From Octopus sinensis (Eukaryota): a stretch of DNA of 64,000 nucleotides. Under the pieces are notes generated by a model. It saw only the letters and a list, made by a program, of their open reading frames with translations. It searched no databases and was not told the DNA's origin. The translations under genes were made by a program, and so were the position numbers. Shown one piece after another: positions 1 to 12,700 of this stretch. The DNA is taken from NCBI RefSeq assembly GCF_006345805.1, contig NC_042999.1:6386001-6450000 (forward strand), written 5' to 3'. Each line of letters starts with the position of its first letter. Positions within the stretch are counted from its first letter, which is position 1.

Positions 1-700
1 ACCTGTACCGGTGGCACGTAAAAAGCACCCACTACACTCATGGAGTGGTTGGCATTAGGAAGGGCATCCAGCTGTAGAAACATTGCCAGATCAAACTGGG
101 TCTGGTGCAGCCTTCTGGCTTCCCAGACCCCAGTTGAACCGTTCAACCCATGCCAGCATGGAAAGCTGATGTTAAACGATGATGATGATAATAATTGTAT
201 TAAAGGAGCAAGGGCAAAAAATACGACCCATCTCCAACATGCTTGGAAATGCATTCAGATGTCTGTTTTCCATGCTGGCATGGGTTGAGCAGTTTGACTG
301 AGGTCTGGAGAGCCAGGAGGCCACACCAGGCTCCAATCTGACTGGCAAAGTTTCTACAGCTGGATGCCCTTCCTTATGCTAACCACTCCAAGAGTGTAGT
401 GGGTGCTTTTTTTTATGTGCGAGAAATTTTCAGTAAAACTAAAAAAAAAAATCCAGCATCTAAATAAATACGGTGTATAAGGAAGGATAAAACCACAAGG
501 TATCTCTGGACTGTGTTTTTTTTTTTTTTTACTGGTACAAATTATCTCATTGTCAATGAATATTTGAGTTATTACAAGATATCTTGTGATCAGGGCTTCA
601 GTGATTAACAGCCATTTGGTCGTCTTTGTATTTTTTCTCATCTAACACACAAAAGGTCGTTGAGCAGCCAATTGCTTATGGTGTTTATTTCTATTTCCAG

Positions 701-855
701 GCATTCATGTGATTGCTCGATGTGGAGCCCGTCTCAGTTATATGGTTTACAATCTTAGTTCTGGTAAAGTAGAACAAAACAGCCCTTTTCCAACCGACAC
801 CCAGTCTTTCCTTGGCAATTTCGACCGACCAATTACTCTGCATAACAGTGGTGAG
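701..855 (+). CDS. UBR5: UBR5 exon (in-window 1): [38 protein letters not shown]...
   Basis: ttccag acceptor, gtaaat donor, phase 1 to 0. Confidence 0.9.
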
Positions 856-3678
856 GTAAATATACAAGCAGTATTAATGTTTTAAAGGATTTTGGGAAGA
901 GGAACATAACTTTCATGTTTAGAGAAGACAACAGAGATTGTGTGATATGCAATCATAAGTTTACGTCAAGGAAATGAAGTTTGTCTTGTTTCGCTCAATA
1001 AAATTACATTTAAAACTAAAAAGAGAGACACCAAGTCTAAAAATTTAACAATTCTGAAGAAATGTGAAAGAATAAATTGGGAACTGGTGCCCAGCAATCA
1101 TTTTGAGATCTCTGGCACTAAATAAACTAAAAGACTCAATAGAGACAAAAGACGTGTCCAAGTTTACTGGTGTTGATTGGATTGTTTCTGGACACAGTCT
1201 AAATTTGAGTGAGTTCAGGTGGTGAACTCCTGGTCAATCACTGGCACTATCGACTCCATCTGTGTCCCTTATCAAACATCATGTTCAGTTCTTCATGCTG
1301 TGAAAATCCTATTCTTTGCTGTGTGTTCTTGTATCACTACAACAATATTACTTCTTCACATCTTCAATAGAAACGCAGTTTTAGTCTACAGGCATAATCA
1401 TTTCTTTCTCAGTTATGAAAAAATGTCTCGTTGGATATATTAGGATTTTCCAGTCTTTTAACCCTTTCAATACCAACCTGGCTAAAACCACCTCTGGCTC
1501 TGTTGTACAAATGTCTTGTTTTGATAAGTTTTGAATTAAAATCTTCCACCATGCCTTAGTCACAGTTTATATTGTGTTATATATTTTAGAGAATTCTGTA
1601 CATTAGTTACATTGGACGGATATGTCTTCATCTTGTTTGTTGTTACCACAATGTTTTGGCACATCTACTCTCCAGCCTTCATCAGGTGTCCTGGTGGATT
1701 TGAACCCAACCCGGAGTTCTCATTCCTAAGGTTTTTTTATTCGGAGTTTAATTCCAGGCAGTGCCTTGAATAAATAGTAATAATATCAAAAAATACCTTA
1801 GGAATGAGAGGCCAGATCTTGGTTCAAAATTCCACCAGGACACCTGATGAAGGCTGGAGAGTACATCAGCTGAAATGTTGTGGTAACAACAAACAAGATG
1901 AGAACACATATCCACCCAATGTAAATAATGTACATTTTACGTTCCTAATAACTAAATTATTTTACTAAATTCTTTGTTATATTTAAAATTAATTGTAAGA
2001 AACAGAGCATCTCAAAAGAAATATGGTAGCAAAAGGGTTAATGTCACCATGATATTTTTAACCCTTTCATTACCAACCTGGCTGAAACCACCTCTAGTTC
2101 TGAGTACAAATGTCTTGTCTTCATAAGTTCTAAGTTAAAATCTTCCATCTTAGTCACAATTTATGTTCCTAACACTAACTGAATGATAACTGAGTTATTT
2201 TACTAAATTCTTTGTTATATTTAAAATTAATTGGAAGAAATACAGAGCATCTCAAAATATACTCGGTAATGAAAGGATTAAAGTATTTTGATTCAGGGAC
2301 ACATATATCTGGTTTATAAAACATAGTATTAAGACATTCTCATTTACTATAAGGGAACAATAGATTTCAACATCACATTATTAAGGTAAGAAAATGGTAC
2401 AGTCCTGTGTCCTATATGCAACTCTATTTTTCTACTTGTAAGTCAATATTTCTCCTCTACAGGTAACAGATTTTTCTTTCAATATGGAACTTTTTGTTTT
2501 ACAGCATTTTTACATTATTTTAATATTTTCTAGGAATCTCCAGTTTTGTTACGTGATGGTTGTGGAGCTATTTATCCTCTGGCCAAAGATTGCACTGACG
2601 GCATACGTGATCCATTGTGGCTTGACCTCCCACCTGTGCGTTGCCTCAGTGTCCGAGCCCAGTGTCTTTCCAATGTAGCCAGTAATATGAAGAACAAAGC
2701 TGTGATCATTGTCTTAGCTGTAGAGGTAACACCACACAGTTTTTTAGAGCTTTTAATTCTATTTATTGTATATTTCTTTTTATATGTATTATGCATTTTT
2801 TATATATATTTTATGCTGGTATGAGATGAGATTGGGTGCTGATGTATGGAAGCTGATAATTTGGCATGGCTGGATGGACATTTGACCTGTTTTGACACAG
2901 GAAGAAGACACACATGCTCATGCGTGCACACACACACACACACACACATACACATACACTGAGAAAGAGAGAAAGAGAATAAAAAAATTAGACCGTTTGA
3001 TGTGGCATAAGACAGTGTTGAATTAGAAATACCAAAGAGGCAGCACCAAGAGTGGCGATGCCAAAATCTCTGCTGCCCATTTTTATACTACTTGTATACT
3101 ATATATTTTATATCTATATTTTTAGTCATTAAATAGACATATGTATATATATGGTTGTGTGTTAAGAAGATTGCTTCTCAACCATAGAGTTCTGAGTTCA
3201 GTCCCACTGCATGGCACCTTGGCCAAGTGTCCTCTGCTGTAGCCTCAGGCTGACCAAAGCCTTGTGAGTGGAGATGGTAGATGGAAACTGAAAGAAGCCC
3301 ATTGTGTGTATATTTGTCTGTTTGTCCACCACCACCAGTTGACAACTGGTTTTGGTTTGCCCATGTCCCTGTAACTTAGCAGTTTAGCAAAATGAGACCA
3401 ATAGAATAAGTATCAGACATAAAAAAGAAAGTACTGGGGTCAATTCAATTAAAAAAAAAATTCAAGTGGTGCCCCAGCATGGCTGCAGTCTAATGACTGG
3501 AACAAATCAAATATATATAGGCGCAGGCATGGCTGTGTGGTAAGAAGCTTGCTTCCCAACCACATGGTTCCAGGCTCAGTCCCACTGCGTTGCACCTTGG
3601 GCAAGTGTCTTCTATAGCCTCAGGCCAACCAAAGCCTTGTGAGTGGATTTGGTAGACGGAAACTGAAAGAAGCCCGTC

Positions 3679-3726
<48 letters not shown>

Positions 3727-6700
3727 TTGTGTGTCTGTCCCACCAACATTGCTTAACAATTGATGTTGGTGTGTTTACATCCCTGTAACTTAGTGGTTCG
3801 GCAAAAAAGACAGATAGGATAAGTACTAGGCTTACAAAGAATGTCCCAGGGTCAGTTTGTTTGATTAAAGGCAGTGCTCCAGCATGGCCGCAGTCAAATG
3901 ACTAAAACTAGTAAAAGAATATATATGTATATAATTTCCCTGTCTGGAACTTTCATACATACCTTGTCTCTGATGGCAAAATACCCAGTGTATGGACATG
4001 CTAGCCTATCACTTGAGATATCCCAGAAACAGCTGTAAGACTTTAAATTCACCTCACCCTAAATTATTCTAAATGACTTGAGATACTTGTCCTGCCTAGC
4101 TCTAGCCTCAGCTGTGAACTTGGAACCTAACGGACGACCAGTTATAGCACTTAGTGTATCCATTTAGATCACCACTGAACTAAACCCTTCATATTCTACA
4201 CACACACACTATATATATATATATATATATATTTTACTTGGGATCATTTGTGAAGGTGGTCCATTATATTTGGAGGAGGTTTAGATTATTTGTGAAAATA
4301 TGAGTTGTTTGTGCAACAGGATGTATAACAAAAATATATGATTGAAGATAATGTTAAATTCTTGTATATAGTTATATATTATTACAGTTTCTTAAATATT
4401 CTCTTTTGTAGCATCAAATGCTAATTCCCCATATTCTTCGATGTGATTTGGAGAAGGTTAGAACTATTATGAGTTCCATGGAGCCAGAACATAATGGTAA
4501 GTTACAGTCTGAACAAATGTAAAACCTCTCTTCTTGAGTAATTTATTTTTCTGTAGTAGTTAAAAAAAAAACCTGACCATTTTCTTTTTTTTTTTATGTG
4601 TAAATTCTTTGGAAGATTGCATTCCAAGTGAAGAAATAATTGGGAGAAATTGTGATTTTGTTAAAAATAATCAGTACAAAAAAACAGTAGAAAACGATAA
4701 AATACCTTTCCTAACACCACGCCAATACAATAGACTGTACTGGGTTTGCGTTTTCATGGATTGGCAAAAACAAGATTGTCGAGTAACTTGAAAGATGAGA
4801 CCCCTCAGTTGAGTGTGTGTTGGGGTACTATTGAGAGAGATAGCTTTGTGGCAGATGTTGAGAGGCTGAAATAAGATAGAGGGGACAGGAACAAGTGTTG
4901 CTGTAGGGGAAAGGGGAAAAAAGAATGGTGGAGATGTGGTATCAGGGCATGCCCTTAACATAGAAGAAAATGGACAAAGAATAGGGGCAGAGAATCGAGG
5001 ATGATTGGCTGGGTAGGTTTGTGAGAGTGTGCAAATAAAAAAAGGTGCCAAATTAATGTTTCACGACATTTACTTGTGAGCTTAACCCCAAAAGTAAATA
5101 ACTCAGATTCCTTCTGTTGACAAAAGCATCAGGACAATTTTCTGGTATGGTTTTGGAATCTTAGTTACTACAACCATACCCTGTCAGGTCGTGCCTTCTA
5201 CTGTAGCTTTGAGGGGTGAAATTGGTTTTGCTTTTTGTTCCCTCTCGAGCCACGCCTGGCGTATAGGTTCCCCACCTGGACAGGACGCCAGTCCGTCGCA
5301 GGTGAGCTACAAGATGCAGGAGGAAAGAGTGAGAGAAAGATATGGCGAAAGAGTCAGCAGAAGTTTCGCCATTACCTTCTGCCGGAGCCACACAGAGCTT
5401 AGGTGTTTCGCTCATAAACGCACACATTGCCCGGTCTGAGATTCGAACACACGATCCATCGACTGCGAGTCTGCTGCTCTAACCACTAGGCCATGTGCCT
5501 CCAGGTGAAATTGGTAGATAGAGTGGAAGAAGCCCATTGTGTGTGTGTGTGTGTGTGTGTGCTTATGTGCGTGTGCACATGGACTTGTATGTAAATCAAT
5601 GGATAGAAATAGGCATGAGGAGACAATTTGTTGTATTCTCCTGGTCTGATCCCTGCAATAATGGGGAAAACATATTAGAATGATGATGATATGAAGGTTT
5701 TTCTTTATCAAAAGAGATTTCATTGCTTAACTATTGATGGTGCTTTTCTATTTTGCTTCTTTTCAGCTTCCACTTCATGTGGTAGTCAGCAGAGTCAAAG
5801 AACAGTTCAAGAAGTGTTGACAGAAAGATGTGATGGTAGCCGCAACATCCTCCATACTTGTGTTGCAGTTTGTGTCCCATCGTCAAATAAAGACTGTGAA
5901 TCAGGTAATCTTATTCTTTGGTTTTGGCAGAGGAAGAAATTCAGAATCAAGGATTTATTTATTGCAAAAATAACAACATATGTATTGGGAATTCTTGCTT
6001 AAACTTTTTTTTATAAATTAAATATCCTGTGGAATTCTTGAATTCAAAATCTCAGCAATTACTCTAGATCAGTGGTTCCCAACCTGGGGATCCGTAGACC
6101 CCTGGTAGTCTGCAAAGGTTGTGCTGGGGGTCCGTGAACTAAATTCAAAATTTCATAAGTATATCATCATCATCGTTTAACGTCCGCTTGCCATGCTGGC
6201 ATGAGATGGACGGTTTGACTAGGGTCTGGGATGCCAGGATGCTGCTCTAGGCTCCAGTCTGATTTGGCAATGTTTCCACAGCTGGATTCCCTTCCTAACG
6301 CCAACCACTAACGCAGTGGGTGCCTTTTACATGCCACCGGTACAGGGGACAGAGGAGGCTAGGAATGACCACGATTGCTTGGTGCTTTTTACATGCCACC
6401 GGCATGGAAGCCAGTCAAAGCGACGCTGGCATTGGCCACGTTTGGATGTTGCTTTTTATGTGCTACTGGCACGGGATCCAACTACAATTTCCATTTGATT
6501 TTGGTTTTGATACATATATAATAATAATAATGAAATTATTGTATACAGTGCTCAGTTGCACCACAACTTGTCAGAAAGTGCATATAAAGTACATGCAGTA
6601 ATGTAGAAATGTCTGGAAAGTGAACATGCTTGTGTGTGTATGGAGGGGAGAAAATCAAGTGTAGTGTTGGCGAATCTCAGGAAGCATGGAAGTCTTGAAG

Positions 6701-9700
6701 GATGCAGTGCTCCGACAACTAACAACCGATGCCGGCAGTTTGTTCCACGCTTCAGCAACTCTCAGCGTGAAAAAATGTTTCCTGAAGTCATGGGAGCTGT
6801 GCTGTTTTCTTACTTTGTAAATATGTCCACGGGTGTTAGATGGGTGGAGTTTGAAGAGGTGCTCAGTGTTATTGTTTGTGCGATGGTTGATAATTTTATG
6901 GGTGTCTGCCAGGTCAGCTGCCAGACGTCGGAGTTTCAAGGCGTTCAGGATATGGCAAATGCCTGATGGAGGGTATTCTTTTGGTTGCACGTCGCTGAAC
7001 AGCTTCCAGACGATTGATGTCCTTATATAAATATAAGGATAAGTATATTAAAAGGGGTCTGTGGGGGGGGGGGAACTCATTTAAATAAAAGGATTGGGAA
7101 CCACTGGCCTAGATAAATGAGGGAAACCCACAAGCCCCTTGTTAGAGAGGAAAAGCTTCATTTGAGGTGCTGGTCTAACTGGACACCAACATATGGTATT
7201 ACTATAAAGTGCTTGGCATTAGGAAGGGCTCTTGTCAAACCATCCAACCCATGCCAGCATAGAAAACGGATGTTAAATGATGTTGATGTTGTTATATATA
7301 CATGCTTAATGAAATGATGTTGTTATAAATGTAATGTCCACCTGTTAACATTGTTTTAAATATGATGTCTATAAAATGGTGCTGTTTTTGTTTTCTTTGC
7401 AGAGTCTTCAAGCACGGGAAATTACAACCCATGTTTGGATACATTCAATGCTGTCAGTAGCGCAGTTGAGACGCTGGCTTCTATTCAGGCTCGGGGGACA
7501 GACTCTACAAATCGTGGGTACGTAAGACATGCAAATTATTCTCTTGTTCTTTTTGGTGTCAACACTTTCCTTGGTGAACATTTTGGTGAAGCATTGCCAA
7601 ATATTTCAACTGAGATTCTTTTATTTATGATGATAACTGTGGCTGTTGTTGCTTGGCAAAACCGTTAGAATGCCAGACAAGCATTCTGTCTGCCATTACA
7701 TTCTGAGTTCAAATTCTGCTGTGGTTTGACTTTACCTTTCATCCTTTCGGGACTTATAAAAGAAGTACAAGTTAAACACTGGGGTCAGTGTAATTGACTT
7801 ACCTCCCCACAAATTATTGGTCTTTTGCCAGAATTTAAAACCATTATTGTTATTATTATTATTGTGGGTGAGCTGGCAGAATTGTTAGTGTGCTGGGCAA
7901 AATGTTTAGCGGCATTTCGTCCATATTTACATTCTGGGTTCAAATTCTGCCGTGGTTTGACTTTAGCTTTCATCCTTTGGGGTCTTATAAAATAAGTACC
8001 AGTTGATTACTGGGGTTGGTGTAAACAAGTTACTGCACCCCCCCTCCTGAAATTACTGGCCTTTTGCCAAAATTTACAGCCATTATTATTATTATTATTA
8101 TTGAGTGAGAGAGCAGTTCATGCCATCAAAGTGACACTGGGGTAAAATATACGAAGCCCAGTATACCCATCATGACTACCCGTCTGATAAGGGTACACCA
8201 GACACATGCATCACAACCATATGTGCGTGACATGGTGATCTCATATCAAAATAAACAGCACATGACCTTGCAGGTAGGGCCCAGTTAGAATTTTCTTTTG
8301 GTCGAATAGCCCATCCCGCTCAAAAGGTTCCTGAATAAGGGTTGTTTAAGGATGTTGAACGAACCACCCATGTTTCCAGAGGTGAATTATTCAAACCCTA
8401 AAGAATCCCTCTCAACACATGGCTATGATGCTCCCCCACTACTTCTGTTCGTGTTCAGAGATGCACATATCGTCAGCCACTAAGGGACATGCTCAACTGG
8501 TTAAGGTCAAACAACTGACAAGCAAATCTGTGGTATTGAGCAGAATATTTGCTGTAGCCCATCTTTTTATACCAAGACAAAACAATATACATGATAACAC
8601 TTCCAATCAGTTAAGATCAGAAGCCATGAGAGCCACTGCCTGGTACTGCATCAGCGCATTTATTATTATTATTATTATTACTATTATTACCTCCGTCATA
8701 GCGAAGGTGGAGGTATTGTTTTCAGCCATGTTTGTTTCATTGTCCGTGGACAATTTGTTGTTTTTGTTTTTAATGTTTAAAGACATATTCTCTGGTGATT
8801 TGTCTAATTTAAAGTTGTTTTCTTTTTATCTATTTTAAAGTGTCAGTCTCCGGGAGATGATGAGAAGAGCATCAACAACTGCTCGTGCTGTTAGTGGTCT
8901 TGATGTACGGGAATCGGATTCTATTGCAATTCCTACACTAAGCTGGCCGACAGATCCGCCAGGATTTGATGCTCTCAGAGCAGGTAAGATGTAAACGCAA
9001 TCCTTTCTAGGCTCTGACCAGTTTGCAGTAAAAAAACACCTGTAAAAATTGTACCCATGCTTGCGCCATGTTAAGGCACCCTGTACACTCTGCGAAGTGG
9101 TTGGCATTAGGAAGGGCATCCAGCTGTAGAAACCATGTCAAAACACAGTTGGAGCCCGGTGCAACTCTCTGGCTTTCCAGCTGTTGTCGTCCCATCCAAC
9201 CCATGCCAGCATGGAAAACGGATGTTAAATGATGATGTTTTATCTCACTTCGCACACGATAGTCAGTAGGTCTCTTGATGGAAACAATAATCCATTAAAA
9301 TCGATTAAATTAGAGGCTAATTGGCTGAGAGGATGAAGGTATTATACCACCAACTGATGTATTTTCTGTTCAAACTTATTCCGGATCATTCATTGTTTTC
9401 TCCATCTTTTTAATGCTGTAAATCTGGAGTTAACTACCAATCTAAAATTCCATGGAATTTGGCAAACATTTTATTGTTAACAATCAGGGTTTTTAGCTAT
9501 ATTTTCTAGAAAAATAAATCTGATATAACTTGTAGCTGGTATCTTTTTTTTTTTTTTTTTTTTAGTACTTAAACTATTATTATTGTCAAAATTTTAAAGT
9601 TTTACAGTAGAAATATTAATCAACAATATTTTAAAAGTTCTTTAGTTTTTGTAACAGTAATTACAGCTTTCGGCTAACTGGGTTTTAATTAAAAAAAAAA

Positions 9701-12700
9701 AATAATATAAAATTATATATGAGCTTCAGATTTAGTTAGTCTGAATTTAAATAATTTTCAAATGCTGCAGATAAAAAGGGAAGTGATGAAGCATAACATG
9801 TTACGTTTGATGTTTTGGGATGGGTTTTAGTATCTGAACAGCATCTGATTCTAATCATTTTCTGAAAGAGAAAACAAGGAACAGAAAATTAAAGATTTTC
9901 TTTTCACCTCAATCCTTTTTTTTTTTTTTTTTTAAATGATATGAACCTAATCAGTCACCCTTATCACTCAAAGTACCAATTTTTTTTTTCTTTCCCTATT
10001 TTCTGTCCTTCTAGTTGAATAAATAAAATATTAAATAAATGATAAAGAACAACAAACTGATTGAAATTGGCAGAACTGTTTGCATGCCGGTCAAAATGCT
10101 TAGATGCATTTTGTCTCTGTTGATGCTCTGAGTTCAAACTCTCCTGAGGTCTTAGTTTGCCTTTCATCCTTTTGGGGGTCAATGAAATAAGTACCAGTTG
10201 TGCCCTGGAGCCGATGTAGTCAACTAGTTTCCCTCACCCCCAAAGTTTCAGTCCTTGTGCTTATAGTAAAAAGGATTTTTGTTATTAACTCTTTTGATAC
10301 CAACCCGGCTGAAACCGCCTCTGGCTCTGAGGACAAATGTCTTGTCTTCATAAGTTCTAAGTTAAAATCTTCCATCTTAGTCACAATTTATGTTCCTAAC
10401 ACTAGCTTAATGACAACTAAGTTATTTTACTAAATTCTTTGTTATATTTAAAATTAATTGAAAGAAACACAGAGAATCTCAACAGAATAATGGCAACAAA
10501 AGGGTTAAGGTCACCATGATATTTTAAACCCTTTTGATACCGACCCAGCTGAAACCACCTTGGCTCTGTATTACAAATGTCTTGTTTTCATAAGTTTTGA
10601 CTTAAAATCTTCCACCAAACCTTAGTCACAATTTCTGTTCCTAACACTAGCTTAATGATAACTAAATTCTTTGTTTAAAATTAATTGAAAGAAACACAGA
10701 GCATCTCAAAAGAAATGTGGTGATGAAAGGGTTAAAGTAGTAAATTAATTGAAAGACATGGAGGTGTATTTTAGTTAGAAATATAACAAAACAGTTGTAG
10801 ATAAAAATTTGAATTTGTTGTGCTTTATTTGAAGATTTTATTTTGTTGCTGGTATTTCTGCAGATAATGAACGTTCAAGTTTATCTCGACAATCATCAAG
10901 TGGCTTTTCTACTGCTATTGGCAATGTTCAAGAACATAGCACAATATCAATGCCTCCTGTTAAGTTAGAAGAAAAAGATAGGAAATACAATGCACTTCAA
11001 ATCCTGAAGCTTCTGTGCGAAAGCCCTGCTTTACAACCTCATCTGTTGGAGCTTCTCTCTGCCAAGTAAGTCTCTCCTTTTCCTATTGGTGCTCTGCACT
11101 TTATAAGCATTTAATAATGTTTGTGTGTGTGTGTGTGTGTAGGTGCATGCACACACACAGTCATTAGAAGATGGAAATTAATCGTAGTAAATGGCATCTG
11201 TCTGTGGTTGGTCTTTATAAACTGTTCTCAAGTGATTCTCAACAGGGGTCCCTATAAGAGCAAAAAATAGGCTATACTTCTACAATGCACAAAATACTTT
11301 TGCAACTTTTTTAATACAATTCCTAATAATAATTAGGTCATTGCCAGTACCGCCTGACTGGGCCCCGTGCCGTGGCACGTAAAAGGGCACCATTTGAGCG
11401 CATTTGGCACCATTACCAATCTCGCCTTACTGGCACCTGTGTTGGTGGCATGTGTAAAAAGATTCGGGCGAGGTCATTGCCAGTACCGCCTGACTGGCCC
11501 CCGTGCCGGCGGCACGTAAAAAGCACTCACTACACTCTCGGAGTGGTTGGTGTTAGGAAGGGCATCCAGCTGTAGAAACTCTGCCAAATCAAGATTGGAG
11601 CATGGAAAGCGGACGTTAAACGATGATGATGTTATAATAGGATTTTTTAAAACATTGAATGGATATACAGGTCTAGTAGAGTAAAATTATTTATGCTAGC
11701 TGTGGTACTCTAAAACCACCTTGGTAATGTTTGCCCATGAGGGGCCCTGCTCTGTCAACCTTTTCCCTCCGCCCACATTTCATATAATGCATAAAAAGCA
11801 CTGGCGCTATGTAAATAGTACCCCAGTACCTTGTAAAGGGGTTGAAGTTAGGAAGGGCCTCCAACTGTAGAAACCATGGCAAAACAATGGAACCTGGTGC
11901 AGCCCAAGGTCTTGCCAGCACTTGTCAAGCCGTCCAACCCATACCAGCAGGGAAAACAGACGGCAAATGATGATGATGAATATTTGATAATTCCACTGTT
12001 GTATCATTAAGGTTGGGACCTTCTTGATTTCATTAACTCCACAAAAAACTTATATATATTGGCTGTGTGGTAAATAGCTTGCATACCGACCACATGGTTC
12101 TGGGTGCAGTCCCACTGTGTGGCACCTTGGGCTAGTGTTTTCTACTATAGCCTCGGGAATAGATTTGGTAAATGGAAACTGAAAGAAGCCCATTGTCTGT
12201 GTGTATCTGTATTTGTCTCCCACCCACCATTGCTTGACAGCTGATGTTGGTGTGTTTACGTCCCTGTAACTTAGCAGTTCGGCAAAAAAGACTAATAGAA
12301 TAAGTACTAGGCTGACAAAGATTAAGTCCTGAGATCGATTTGTTTGACTGAAAGGTGGTACTCCAGCATGGCCACAGTCAAATGACAAACAAATAAAAGA
12401 ATAAAACCACAGCAACTTTCCTTGTCTTTGTCTCTATTCACATTATTATTATTATGATCCATGATTAGGCTAAATTCCATGACTGATTTCTCTCTTGGTT
12501 CTATTTGAACTGCTTTTTCCTTCTGCTTTCTCTTTGACAACCTTTCATAATTGCCATTCTCTCGCTAGGTTCCCACACAATCACCGAGGACTTTTTATTT
12601 GCTGGTTTTGTTGCTTCTAAAAGATCTTCTTCCAATACAAACTGTTCCCAAATTTACTTAAGATGTCTTATTTAAATAATCTCTTTTTGTTTTGTTTTAG

